Part shown: positions 12,106 to 24,757 of the stretch, in pieces
How positions within the stretch are numbered: position 1 is the stretch's first letter
How the letters are laid out: every line of letters starts with the position of its first letter
Source: Octopus bimaculoides
Lineage: Eukaryota
NCBI RefSeq assembly: GCF_001194135.2
Contig: NC_068985.1
Coordinates: 91,708,712-91,766,196 of the forward strand
DNA: 57,485 nucleotides
Direction: 5' to 3'
Notes under the pieces: generated by a model
Databases searched by the model: none
What the model was told of the DNA's origin: nothing
The model's input: the letters and a program-made list of their open reading frames with translations, nothing else
Translations under genes and position numbers: made by a program

Positions 12106-12879
12106 GCATGTGAGAAAGCATTAGATTTACTCCGGTTCGAACTATGCATTCGCTATTCTTGGAAATATGTCTTACTCCCATCCTACAGTGAGTTTACTTA
12201 TATCAACTTGGTGTATCACTGAAAACATAATTTTTCACAAATTAATACACAAGTGAAACATGTCAGTAGTTAGATCCTCCTAACGATCATTTAGAATATA
12301 ACATTGTCGCTATTCAGAACGCCGTTCACGAGTCGATATCTTTATTAACTTGTATCAACGACTTACACATTGGCTATTCAACACGAACGCATAAACACGA
12401 TCTTATCAAAAAATTACTAGGTTATCAGTCAGTATATTGTCCGATACTATCTTATAAACATTCAGTCATTCAAGTACATTAGCTGGGAGGAGGTGAGCCA
12501 GTATCATTGTACCTATTCTAGCGATCAAATGTACTTCAGCTGAGATACACCAGAGATAGATTTTTTTTCTTTTGTAACACACTATTTAACAACACTCACA
12601 CAATTAGAGACCACATCTCCATATCCCTAAATTTAAACAATATTCTGCTGTATTATAAATGCATTCCCAATCAATGAATAGAGCTTACAGTACCGAAACA
12701 AAGTTACTCTTGATTAAAAATTCGGAAGGACATAATTCTAACAACACCTGCAAAATGACTTTATGAAAAAAATACGTTTGTGCAACCAACATAGAACAGC
12801 AAAGGGTTCCGCTTAAGACTTTAATATTCTCTTTCCCTGTTCCATAAAATATTTGACTTTCCATTTATGGTACCAATGC

Positions 12880-12992
12880 ATTAAGGATACGCGTATGTGT
12901 AGCGTACTCAGTCACTTGTACGTTAATTTCACACTCAGATTGTTCACTGATCGAATGAACTGGAACTCGCGTTGCTGCAACCAACGGAGTGC
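12880..12992 (+). mobile_element. SINE family B tail fragment
   Basis: CTCAGTCACTTGTACGTTAATTTCAC...GATCGAATGAACTGGAAC...AACGGAGTGCC. Confidence 0.7.
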
Positions 12993-13657
12993 CAGTTTTA
13001 TATCCTGTCCCATAATGCAAAGTACAGATTGTATTTTGAATAATATATATTCCACAACCAGTGAATTTTATGTACCCAATTCCAATTATATTTAAAGTTT
13101 CGATCTGAACTGCATAAGACAGTTAGATAAAGATGATCAAATGTTGGAGGAAAAACATGACAAATTAGAATTATATTTTATGCATAGCGTTTACAATGAA
13201 CTCTTATAAGTATATGATTAATTTATACAGCCATATGTGATGAAATTGCATATAATATTAGTTTTGGTACAGATCTGGTACTTGGCAGATATTTCATGTA
13301 TTAAAAGAAGAATGAAAACGAAGAGATAATGTGTCACTGATGAAATGAGAATGATCTCGAGGGACATAATTGAAATGATTTTTGTTATATTGGAAATACA
13401 ATGCACCTTTTCGTCTCGGGTTTGTGAGAACTCTAACGTTACTTCACACCTTTCTCTATGAACTTGTCTATTTTCTTCTCCAGGTAACTTTGTTTGAATG
13501 GATTGCATGCAATGTTGTATAACAAGAAGTGAGCTCACTGGTATTATAATCAGCGGCGAGGGTTCTTTCTACAATGGAAACCATCGTAGATTGATATAGA
13601 AACATTCGACTGCCCCCTTTGAACTTCGAAATATTTGTATTTAGTTTAATCTACCTA

Positions 13658-14440
13658 CAGGGTATTCGCGCTAAACTTGACGATTTTTTGCACGCCTCCT
13701 TTTCTTCTGAAACAGTTTTACGCATTGGGGAAAAATCAAATACGTTGGAGAGCATAATGATTACATTGTAGTTGAGAGACAGTTAGCTGACATGGAAAAT
13801 GAATATAAATAGAGGAAAAGTGTTACTTGTATCATGATGATTTCTACCGGGCTTCAAAATTCCGATATAATGACTGCTGCTAAATTCTCTGTAAACACTG
13901 TAAGACCTGTAGGACGTGAAATGAACGTCATAAAATCTACGTTCCCCAAAATTGCAATGGTATTTGTGTGATTCTTCTGTGAAGGTGACGTCATGCTTCC
14001 CAACATCTTTCAACGGAGCTTTAAGCTCAGTTCAAACGGATATGCAAGATTACTAGAGATTGTGGATAAATCTTGGTTGAAGAGTTCGTTGCTCGAAGGT
14101 GATATGTGTGGCATCAGGATTCGGCTCCTTGCCATACCGCCGATAAAAATTAGAAGGTGTTGTCGGGGGGGGGGGGTTCTATAACGTCAACATACCCACC
14201 TTCTGACCTCCTGATTATTCCGATTGCAATCTCGTGGATTACTGTGTGGTTGAGAAAAACACCAACCGCACGGCCTTCAACATCAAGCCGAGACGGAGAT
14301 GTTCGAAGATCTTCCCAAGTACGCCATGAAAAGTGCATGCGCCAGGCTCAGGATCAACCTTGAGGCTGCTGTGAGAGGTGAGTTCGTTTCCCTTGAGCAA
14401 ACTGCTATCTTCCACCGATAACCTAGTTGCGCGTTTCAAC
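13658..14440 (+). pseudogene. Internally deleted maT/DD37D-like Tc1-mariner element
   Basis: Putative left end TA|CAGGGTATTCGCG. Frameshifted translation NSDIMTAAKFSVNTV...EGDVMLPNIFQRSFKLSSNGYARLLEIVDKSWL...WHQDSAPCHT...PDYSDCNLVDYCV resembles the maT motifs QQDSAPCHT and SPDCNP.DY. Confidence 0.75.
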
Positions 14441-14485
14441 ATCTTTTTTAAAATGCTTTATTCTTGGACGCAATATTGTGTCTAT

Positions 14486-14508
14486 TATTATCATCATCAT
14501 CATCATCA

Positions 14509-14563
<55 letters not shown>

Positions 14564-14585
14564 CATCATCATTATCATCATCACT
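14486..14585. repeat. (ATC)n/(ATT)n microsatellite
   Basis: Directly visible. Confidence 0.95.
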
Positions 14586-15484
14586 GTTATTTATTTTTTT
14601 TTTATCTATCAGCGTTCTTTTGTCAATCATTTTGTGACCTCTTCAGTGACATCCTGTCCCTCGTGTCTCCTGCGTAGTGTATGTGTTTGTTTAATTAAAA
14701 CAAAAGATTACCATCTCCAGATATAACAATATCTATGGAGATTTCCTGTATAAATTAATCATATGCATGGTGAATAGCGGGACTCTAAGAGATAAGTTGC
14801 ATGGCGTATTTTTATACGCTCTGGCAGACTTGAGCGTCGGCTTCTTGTTGTTTCGAAACAAGAAAAATACTTCCTCATTTACAACGGATATTTGTTCACA
14901 AAATACTCGATTCGTTATTACATGCACCTCACCTTAGTTAGCATATTCACGTTCGAATCTTCCGGAACATATTAACAACAACCATGCCAGGTATCATTAC
15001 TTAAACTGAAATAAGTATATTTCATAGATGTGCTTCCGTAGAATTTCACACTTTCGTTTCCTCTAAAACATTTCAGATGCTGATATACCTTTCCTCACTT
15101 ACACTGAACCACATTTCAATCAAGATTTGTAGCAGCAGAAATTAAACAAAAATAAGCTACTTTAATAGCGAATTTTATTTCACATATTCAAAAGGCTATC
15201 TTCTCTCCCTTCTCTATACTTGAATTAATACTCTACAATTTCGAATTTATCAAGTGTGAATTGGAAAGCATCCACAAGTACAATCATATAACATAAGCAT
15301 ATACGATGATAATTTATATGAATATAGATTTGTATATATGAACTGGTATATGTGTAACTATGGGTGAATTTGTGTACATACAAACACACACAAACACGCA
15401 TATGCATATGCGATAATATGTGTGTTTTGGTGTTTATCTATGTGTACGTATGTGATGAGAGGTGTTACGATGGTGTAGATAATT

Positions 15485-15546
<62 letters not shown>

Positions 15547-16419
15547 CTATATACCTAGATATACATACTTAAGTATGTGTGTGATATAACTATATTATGC
15601 ACATGTATGCGCATATGTAAAGTATGATGTTTAATTTTGTACAGACATACACACGCACTAATTTCACGCACACATTTATACAGACATACACACATATGCA
15701 TGTATACTATATATATATATGTATATATGGTTTTAAACACTTTTCTATTCCATCATCAACATCAGTGTTTTCTTAACCGTCTTTAATTAAGCAGAATAAT
15801 TGTTCGCGTTTCATGCCGCATTTTAATCAGGAATATACGCAGACAAGTAAATTAGCTAGTTGAAATATGAATATTGATTTTACATTCATTGGGGTATATT
15901 TAAATATTATCTACATTTCTATAAAATAATTGCTACTTATGAATCCATAATGTGTGATAATTTGTCAAAGAAACACTAATGAGTTACTATGTACGGCATC
16001 CATCGTGTAAGCCATTTATAAAAGAGAATACAGCCGTTGGTGGTTTTCCTATACTGAATTTAAAAGCCACAGATTATCAAGATTATAGACCAATAGAGAA
16101 GAAGATCAGCAGTGTAGTTTGACGTTCTCTTCCAATCATCACTGTCTGTGTTCTGTCCACATTAAATAAATTTAACCCTCAACGTAAACTAATCTAATTT
16201 GCTGTGAAGCATAATATTGCGAAGTCGCGTGCTGTGATGGTTAAAAGTATTGAACACGTGATCCCAGGATCGTCGTTTTGTTGTGCCCTTAAGGGAAATA
16301 CTTCATTTCATGCAAATTTTAATGACTAAATCTGCGACGAACTGGTGTCCCGTACACTATGTGAGTTTTAATCTTGATCTTATATAGATCATGCAAACCG
16401 CTGAAATAGCTCTGTCGAT

Positions 16420-16880
16420 CTATCATCATCATCCATTATTTTCAATCCGGATTTTGTCCCCGTTAACGGGGGTGGCCGGATCTACCTCAAATTCTAGCAC
16501 CCTCTTCAGGACATGCTCCTCATCCCTCCTCAACACATGCCCATACCACCTCACTCCATTCGCCCTTGCCAACCATTCCACTGATTCCTCCAACCCCAGA
16601 ATCCCCATCAAGTCCTCAGTCCTTCTCTTATCAAACAGCCTCATGCCACACATTTCTCTCACCATTGCTCTCTCAGTCCTCAAAATTGCCATCTTTCTCT
16701 CTAACTCTCAAACACCATGTATTGCTCCCATACAGCATTGCAGCTCTCACACAACTCCTATAAAGCTTTCCTTCTGTCTTCAACAAGAACGTTTTCCCAT
16801 ATAATAACGCTCCACATTCCCTGAACTTCACCCAGCCAAGTCTCGCTCTTGCTGTCACAGCTGCTTCGTCTTTTGTTCTT
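16420..16880 (-). pseudogene. RTE-clade LINE 3' fragment with short (GAT)n tail
   Basis: AAVTARARLGWVKFRECGALLYGK...GKLYRSCVRAAMLYGSNTW and TERAMVREMCGMRLFDKRRTEDLMGILGLEESVEWLARANGVRWYGHVLRR, ending GGATGATGAT. Confidence 0.9.
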
Positions 16881-16917
16881 CTATAAATTTTAGCTATATG
16901 TATGTACAAGAACATTA

Positions 16918-17505
16918 GGATCTATTTTCAAACGGGGGCCACATTTTTCATTAATGTTTTACGTAGTGTTTTTGGTACGGAAAGACTTTCAAACTTCGTA
17001 TACTTATCTATTTTGTGTTATAGAACAGAAAAATATTTTTGTATTCGAATTTATTTCATGTAAAAAAATTGTCTTATTTCGATAATTTCAACCAATCACT
17101 GACAAGTATTCAGTTGTTTACATTTACTCCTTTGGATGATTAAGCGATGTAAAGCGTATTTAATCTCCATACCTTCGTTTTATTTGCTTTTTTCATTTTA
17201 AATTTGCTTTTACCCTAACCCTAACCCTAACCCTAACCCTAGGGTTAGGGTTAGGGTTAGGGTTAATTGTTTCAGAATTGTTTGTTTATGTAGTCGGCAC
17301 TTAATGTATATCGGCTGAATGGACGTCAGTGATTGGTTGAAATTACAGAAATACGACAACTTTAACATGGAATATCTTAGGGATTTCTTTTTTTTTTAAA
17401 GAAGACTAAGAGAAAAAGATGTTTTATATGACACATTCTACCAGTGTTCCAAGTTTCAAAGTGTTTCGTTAATGAAAAATGTGGCCCCCGTTTTAAAAAA
17501 GATCC
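16918..17505. mobile_element. Non-autonomous TIR element (Merlin-like or hAT) with 8-bp TSD and central telomeric palindrome
   Basis: 37-bp TIRs GGATCTATTTTCAAACGGGGGCCACATTTTTCATTAA (2 mismatches), with TSD GAACATTA at 16910-16917 and 17506-17513. An inner inverted pair AATTTCAACCAATCACTGAC is also present. Confidence 0.9.
17212..17265. repeat. Interstitial telomeric repeats (CCCTAA)4CCCT-AGGG(TTAGGG)3TTA
   Basis: Directly visible. 17216-17265 is a perfect 50-bp palindrome centred on CCTAGG. Confidence 0.97.
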
Positions 17506-17889
17506 GAACATTATTATTCACAAAAATAGTAATGTTGGTGGCCGCACGCGTAAAAGCTGTATAGGGAAATGTAATAAACTTATATGAAATAAAAATTATA
17601 TTCATATATAAAGGGAACTAATAAACACCTGCTTTGCTAAAGATGGGAGTCAAAAAACTCCGAAGCCACACAAGAATCAGTAAAGTAATACAGGCTTGGT
17701 AGAAAAAGGTAAGTGAATAAGATTTGTATCGCCTCTATGTTTAACACATGAAGAATTATATACATTATTTACAATATTTAGAAATGGTGCAGAAGGAACG
17801 GCAGTTAATATGATATCCTGAATTCGAATTTAGCTCCGAAGCAGATGCTTATCAGTACCCTCTGATATATATATGTATATATACATATA

Positions 17890-18903
17890 CAGGGGTTGGA
17901 TACACCAAGCATCATAGCATCATAATTTTGAAATATCTATAAAACCGTAAAAAAACGTGTTTATTTTTATGTTTTGGGGATATATTATTAGTGTTGCTTA
18001 ATATGTTTTGCTAAATTTGCTGTTTCTTTTGAGATATTATTAGAAAATGTGATTAAAATTCATTAAAATGTAATATCTATCGGACTTTCACATAGGTCAA
18101 ATTGTTGTGGCTCGTATGGCAGGCACTAGCATGACGAAACCAGCCGAAATGTTTGGAGTATCAAGAAGTACTGCTTCGAAAGTAGGGACAGCCTTTGAGA
18201 AAGAGGGAAAAAACCTCCTCGTCGAAGCAAAACTCCGGAAGCAAACCAAAACTTTAAGATAGGGACCGTCGGATTATTACGCGAATTGTTAGAAAGGATC
18301 AGAAACGTAGAGCTCCCAAAATTACTGCCTAGCTTAATGACCAGCCCGAGAACCCAGTTTCCACAAAAGGTTTTCGGTTCGCCGGGAGCTGCACAAAGCC
18401 GGATTTCACTGGAGGGCTGCAGTCAGAAAACCACTACTTTCAAAAACAAACGTTGCAAAGCGTTTAGAGTTGAGCAAAATCCTACAGTATTAGTCCCTAG
18501 AGCAGTGGAAGAATTTTATTTTCTCGGACGAGTCTTGCTTTACCTTATTTCCGACCACTGATTGAGTATACGTGTGTAGACAGCCAAAAGAATGATTTGA
18601 CCTAGACTGACTTCTTCCAACTGTTAAACATGGAGCAGGATCTCTGATGATCGGTGGGGGGATATATCTTGGAATTCCGCCGGTCCAATGGTTTCCCTCC
18701 ATGGCAGAATTAATAGTCATGAATTTTTAAGTATTTTGTCTAACCAAATTCATCCCATGTTTGCGGAACTGTTTCCGAAGAGAAACGCAGTCTTTCATGA
18801 TGATGATGCACCTATTCACACAGCTATAGTTGTTACTGAATGGCACGAGGAACATTCTAGTGAAGAACATATTATCTGGCCACCACACTCCCCAGATTCC
18901 AAT
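17890..18903 (+). pseudogene. Decayed Tc1-like (DD34E) transposon, 3'-truncated
   Basis: TA|CAGGGGTTGG left end. Frameshifted GQIVVARMAGTSMTKPAEMFGVSRST...FSDES...TVKHGAG...MVSLHGRINSHEFLSILSNQIHPM...FHDDDAPIHTA...WPPHSPDSN. Confidence 0.9.
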
Positions 18904-18904
18904 G

Positions 18905-19065
18905 TAGGTACGTATGTGTATATGTACGTGCGTATGTGTATATGTACGTACGTATGTATGTATTATGTATGTAAGTATGTATGTATGTATACATGTATGT
19001 ATGTATACATGTATGTATGTACGTATGTATGTACGTACGTACATACGTATGTATGTATGTATACA
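18905..19065. repeat. (TATG)n-like degenerate tetranucleotide array
   Basis: Directly visible; it starts exactly where the Tc1 homology stops. Confidence 0.9.
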
Positions 19066-19074
19066 TTCAGCAGG

Positions 19075-19365
19075 TACTTCGTCGATTATTACGTCGTGTG
19101 CTTCAGTTGATCCGATCAACAGAACAGCCTACTCATGTAATTAACGTTCAACTGACCGGACACACCACAAACAACCGCACCTTGAACGTAGTTCTCAGGC
19201 AGATACAGCGTAACATCGAGTATAACAAGGCTGGTCCCCATTGAATTGCAGATACAACGCATTGTTGCCAGGTGAGTGGATATAAGCAGCGTGAAATACA
19301 GTGTTTCGCGCGAGTACACAATCTGCAGCTGGTAGTCGAACTCAGATTCCTAGAACCCCACAATT
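19075..19365 (-). mobile_element. SINE family B
   Basis: Reverse complement carries GAGTTCGACTACC, ATTTCACGCTGC and the family B tail. Confidence 0.75.
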
Positions 19366-19459
19366 AACCTAAATCCTAAGCCATGCACATTCACGAACCA
19401 ATGTGTCATGTCTGTGTGTGTCTCTGTGTGTGTCATGTCTGTGTGTGTGGGGGGTGTTT

Positions 19460-19504
<45 letters not shown>

Positions 19505-19639
19505 TTGCAACACCTATAAAATGCATGCATGTACTTACAAAATAATTCAATGTACCTACCTGCCCGCAGCCACAGATTCCCGAACTCAAACATATTCATT
19601 TAAAAAGGTCTTCAAAACCTCTCTCTGCAATGAATTTTT

Positions 19640-19810
19640 CGGGGAGCAAGTACAAGAATCGCCCAAAACAATTAATGAGCTAAAAGACGCAATCATAACC
19701 TTCATGCGTCCATACCGCGTCAGACTCTCCATGGTGTATTTCAAAACATGCGTAGAAGAATCAACTTATATAGTAAAAATAAAGGACGACACTTTCAACA
19801 CTTCTTATAA
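19640..19810 (+). pseudogene. Tc1/mariner-superfamily transposase C-terminal remnant
   Basis: PKTINELKDAIITFMR / IPRQTLHGVFQNMRRRINLYSKNKGRHFQHFL* resembles the P.T..ELK.AI...G.HF.H C-termini. Confidence 0.65.
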
Positions 19811-20614
19811 AGTTTTTTAACGTCTTGTAAAGTCTAATGTATTTTTCTCTAGACTTATACCATTTTATAAATGTTTATTTTGCCATAAAATGCTCACTGT
19901 GGAGAGACTTTATGAACACCTTGTATAAACCAACACTGCTTATTCCTGGTGTTCGTTTATCATTCGTCCTAACCGAAGATACCGTGAATATGTCTTGTCG
20001 CAGACGGACACTCTCAATGAAAAAAAGCTATTCTTTTGTTTCAAACATAATTTTATCTAGAATTTTCAGTGAATACGCTAACACTTTTCTGCATAGGATA
20101 CCAAATAAATTGTTTATCTTTTCAATTATATTAATGGAATATATTGTATTTCCGAAGTAAACAATTCATTATTGCTGTCAAATTCTTAGTTGATAAATTT
20201 TTAAAATTGCTAGAGGCGAGAGTGGCAAATCAACAGACAATGTATTGCAAAGAGAAAAGTGTATAGTTGCATTTTATGTCTCTATTAAATTATTTTAGAC
20301 ACGATGGCCAAAGCTATGCGAGAGTAACGCATCTAAATTTTAGTTCAAATTCTGACGGTCATGAAATTTCCATCCAGTGTTTCACCAGTTATGAAGAGGT
20401 AGCACCATGGTAGTTAAACCTGAAGTTGTGATATTTAACCGAAACAGCATGTCTCGTAATTGCTGACGTAATTTCAGCAAGGTTTCGTGTGAAGTTTTAC
20501 ACAGAAAATCTGTAGGGAGGAATATTTCTTCAAAAATTCGAGAGTTAGATTTGAATGTACACTTCTTTAATTTAATCCATGTTGCCTCTTGTGCATATAT
20601 GATAGCTGTTTGAA

Positions 20615-20659
<45 letters not shown>

Positions 20660-20960
20660 CCGTGTTTGTATGTGTGTGCATGTACACATGTATATATGTA
20701 CTTAAAACGAGAGACGATAATGGAATATATTAGCTATGAACTTTGTTACCTTACAGCTGTTTCTGCTAGACTGTGTGACTGAGTCATTCCCGTCTACTTC
20801 ATAATATAGCAGAAACAGTTGTAAGCTAATGAAGTTCATAAGATGATTGATTATTCCGTTGCGTTCTCATTTCCATTTTATCTCTCGGTACCAGACTAAT
20901 GCATCGTCCTGAATCGCTGTATATTGAGTTTTACACTGGTTTCTTAGTATCGCAATGCCA

Positions 20961-21112
20961 GGCTGGGTGATAAGTAGCATGCTTACCAACCACATGGTTT
21001 CGGGTTCTGTCCCACTGCGTTGCAACTTGAGCAAGGGTCATCTAATATAGCCTCGGGCCGACCAAAGTCTTCAGATTGGATTTGGTAGACGGAAAATAGA
21101 AGCCCGTCGTAT
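20961..21112 (+). mobile_element. SINE family A head
   Basis: CCAACCACATGGTTTCGGGTTCTGTCCCACTGCG...TATAGCCTCGGGCCGACCAAAG...GGATTTGGTAGACGGAAA. Confidence 0.85.
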
Positions 21113-21244
21113 TTATATATATATACATGCGTGTGTGTGTGTGTGTATGTGTGTGTGTGTATTTGTGTGTTTGTGTTTGACTACATAAATGCTTCTAAAT
21201 GCATTTATGTATTCATTTACTTATATATATTCTTTCTCAGAATA

Positions 21245-21400
21245 AGTATGGCTGTGTGGTAGGAGGTTTGCTTCCTACCACACAGCTCCGTGTTCAATCT
21301 CACTGCGCGGCGCCTTGTGTTATCTATTATAGTTTTAGGCCGAATAAAGTCGTGAGAGCGGATTACAAAGTTTTGGAACATGCAATATGAAAGAAGCTCG

Positions 21401-21405
<5 letters not shown>
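21245..21405 (+). mobile_element. SINE family A head (diverged)
   Basis: GGCTGTGTGGTAGGAGGTTTGCTTCCTACCAC...TCACTGCGCGGCGCCTTG. Confidence 0.7.
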
Positions 21406-21434
<29 letters not shown>

Positions 21435-22334
21435 NNNNNNNNNNNNNNNNNNNNNNNNNNNNNNNNNNNNNNNNNNNNNNNNNNNNNNNNNNNNNNNNNN
21501 NNNNNNNNNNNNNNNNNNNNNNNNNNNNNNNNNNNNNNNNNNNNNNNNNNNNNNNNNNNNNNNNNNNNNNNNNNNNNNNNNNNNNNNNNNNNNNNNNNNN
21601 NNNNNNNNNNNNNNNNNNNNNNNNNNNNNNNNNNNNNNNNNNNNNNNNNNNNNNNNNNNNNNNNNNNNNNNNNNNNNNNNNNNNNNNNNNNNNNNNNNNN
21701 NNNNNNNNNNNNNNNNNNNNNNNNNNNNNNNNNNNNNNNNNNNNNNNNNNNNNNNNNNNNNNNNNNNNNNNNNNNNNNNNNNNNNNNNNNNNNNNNNNNN
21801 NNNNNNNNNNNNNNNNNNNNNNNNNNNNNNNNNNNNNNNNNNNNNNNNNNNNNNNNNNNNNNNNNNNNNNNNNNNNNNNNNNNNNNNNNNNNNNNNNNNN
21901 NNNNNNNNNNNNNNNNNNNNNNNNNNNNNNNNNNNNNNNNNNNNNNNNNNNNNNNNNNNNNNNNNNNNNNNNNNNNNNNNNNNNNNNNNNNNNNNNNNNN
22001 NNNNNNNNNNNNNNNNNNNNNNNNNNNNNNNNNNNNNNNNNNNNNNNNNNNNNNNNNNNNNNNNNNNNNNNNNNNNNNNNNNNNNNNNNNNNNNNNNNNN
22101 NNNNNNNNNNNNNNNNNNNNNNNNNNNNNNNNNNNNNNNNNNNNNNNNNNNNNNNNNNNNNNNNNNNNNNNNNNNNNNNNNNNNNNNNNNNNNNNNNNNN
22201 NNNNNNNNNNNNNNNNNNNNNNNNNNNNNNNNNNNNNNNNNNNNNNNNNNNNNNNNNNNNNNNNNNNNNNNNNNNNNNNNNNNNNNNNNNNNNNNNNNNN
22301 NNNNNNNNNNNNNNNNNNNNNNNNNNNNNNNNNN

Positions 22335-22412
<78 letters not shown>

Positions 22413-22540
22413 GAGTGTTTGAAGTGGTTACATATATTGTGTATTCAGAAAAACAAATATATACATATATATATATACATACACATATACATATATACAT
22501 ATATATATGTATATACACACACATATATATATATATTTAC

Positions 22541-22582
<42 letters not shown>

Positions 22583-23259
22583 AAAGTACCTGACAGTTGA
22601 TAATGTCCACTTTGCGGAATTGTGAATATAGAAAGCAAATCAATGTACAGATGTATTATAATTGTTCTTAAACCGAGAATATGAAAGAAAGTAAACGAAA
22701 TGTTTCACGGTTGGGTGACCACTCGTCAGAAACTACGTACACCTACCGTTTCTGCTTGAGAAGATAACCAGATATCAATTGCTAATTAAAGGAAACACAA
22801 GCCAGAAGCTAGTTGAAATAGCTAAAAGAAATTTACATATTGTGTATACGTCGGTTACATGTTTAAATACTGAAATATTTTATGCACGAATACTATTACT
22901 TAATTTGTAACTTAATGATTATTGACATTGTAATAGTTAGCATGTGTTATATGTATCGACTTTTCATTCATGATATGTTAATATTTAGTTGTTATTTCGA
23001 GCTTGCATGATCTACTGCGAAGATTGTCTCGCAATTACTGTTCTGTATCTTATTGCTATAAAGTGGAAACACTATCTGTGATTCTTTTGTTTGATAGTAA
23101 TCACCACGATTGATATCAAATCCCAGGTCCACCTGATATAGTACACACCATACATAAATGTGCATCCATCTTTTTTCTAAATCAAATATCGAAACAGTCC
23201 GATAGCTCTACAAGTTTTACTGACCTCACTACAACATTTCACCCATTTATCATTCCATA

Positions 23260-23583
23260 GAGTGACGGACTGGCCATGCTGCCAGCTTACCCGATGGCAA
23301 GAGAGCCCCTGCGCCATTAGAATCCATATATGGGGGCCCATGTTAGTATCTAAGGACGCATCTCCTCAAGTTTGAGAATTTTGCGTTCACTCCTGGAAGA
23401 ATGCATTATTAATTATTTCAGCCTGACTGTGTTTGTAGACAGTTGGAAAGAATACTTTTACCAAAAAAAAAAAAATAAATAAAGAAAGAATAGCATTGTA
23501 GTTTTGGGTGGGCCCCCTTGTAGTTGCGGGTAGGCCCCCTGAGTGTCTTGGCAACGAATATTTTTAGACCCAGTCCGCCACTG
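23260..23583. mobile_element. hAT-type MITE
   Basis: TIRs (G)AGTGACGGACTGG / CCAGTCCGCCACTG and an exact 8-bp TSD ATTCCATA (23252-23259, 23584-23591). Confidence 0.85.
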
Positions 23584-23754
23584 ATTCCATAAGCTATACA
23601 AAACATGAGTATTATTTAAACAGATCATGAAGACGAGGCATTTTACCTGTAGTGTAAAGGTCGCATAAGGTTTAGAAAACCATTCAATTTCCAGTCATTT
23701 CATTTTGTTCAAAACAGTTTCGAATTTCGACAGAAGGCAAGAAGTTCATATGAA

Positions 23755-23900
23755 GAGGTAAGTCGATTACATCGACATCAGTACGTTACTGGTACTTATT
23801 TTATCGACCCTGAAAGGATGACAGGCAAAGTCTGCCTCGGTGGAATTTGAACTCAGAACGTAAGCATAGACGAATGATGCTGAGTACTCTCCCCAGCTGA
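23755..23900 (-). mobile_element. SINE family D
   Basis: CTGGTACTTATTTTATCGACCCTGAAAGGATG...GGAATTTGAACTCAGAACG. Confidence 0.8.
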
Positions 23901-24705
23901 CCACCATCAAGCACTTTGTCAGTAATACAAATTATGTGTGAAAGCAGTGCTTAATCTTTGTTTTTAAGACTCATTACGACGGAATACACGTTTTTTTTTT
24001 CAAGGTCCTCAGTTCGTTTAGTAAGACATCCAATGTTGAAGGATAAAAACTGAATAAACCTTGAATTATATTGTACATTAATTTAAAGCTAGCAGTGTAT
24101 GCATAATCTTTAACTCTTTAAATCTTACATAAATCTTACACAAATCTTTCAATATTCCATATGAAAGATATCAACGCTTGAGACAGTTAAGGCCCTTCCT
24201 TTACATTGTCATCAAATATTTATGAGTTCTCAGCACGTTAGTCATTAATGTTTTATTAAGAAGCAACCATTAAGTTTATCATGTCTCCTAGTTCAGAAAC
24301 ATTACAGAATTAAGGAAACGTGTATTCACTTATGTTATGGAATCTCAACTTGGATTTTTCTTGATATTCATATTATGACGTATTTGAAGAATGTGCACCG
24401 GGTTACTTATAAGAGTTCAAAACATCACAGCCTGTGCAACAGACCACCGAGGATGCTTCTGAATATTACCTACCCTTCCTTAATCTCTTCTCTAATATGA
24501 TTGCAGAGTGCTGGGTGATTTGTTTTAGGATAATTTAAAAAGCAAAATAATCGTGATAAGCATGACAATCTCGACAGTAATTTTGCCACTTTCGTCATTT
24601 CTAAAAATGTACAATCGATAGCTTACATTTCATAAAGTCAGGTAAATCAAGGTTGATAAACCTGTGCATACACATATACATCAGCATACATGAAACCGTG
24701 TATTC

Positions 24706-24736
<31 letters not shown>

Positions 24737-24757
24737 AACACACACAAACACACACAC

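Noticed and set aside
15077-15132. Possible terminal exon DADIPFLTYTEPHFNQDL* after TTTCAG
   Set aside because: It is too short and has no supporting homology or upstream exons.
17212-17265. Ancient telomere-telomere fusion site
   Set aside because: A fusion gives (TTAGGG)n then (CCCTAA)n. The order here is the reverse, and it sits inside a TIR element with a TSD.
21217-22643. Long ORFs of 400+ aa in the ORF track (also at 3710, 24690, 51176, 52739)
   Set aside because: They consist of N runs and dinucleotide repeats (YIYI, CVCV, HTHT).
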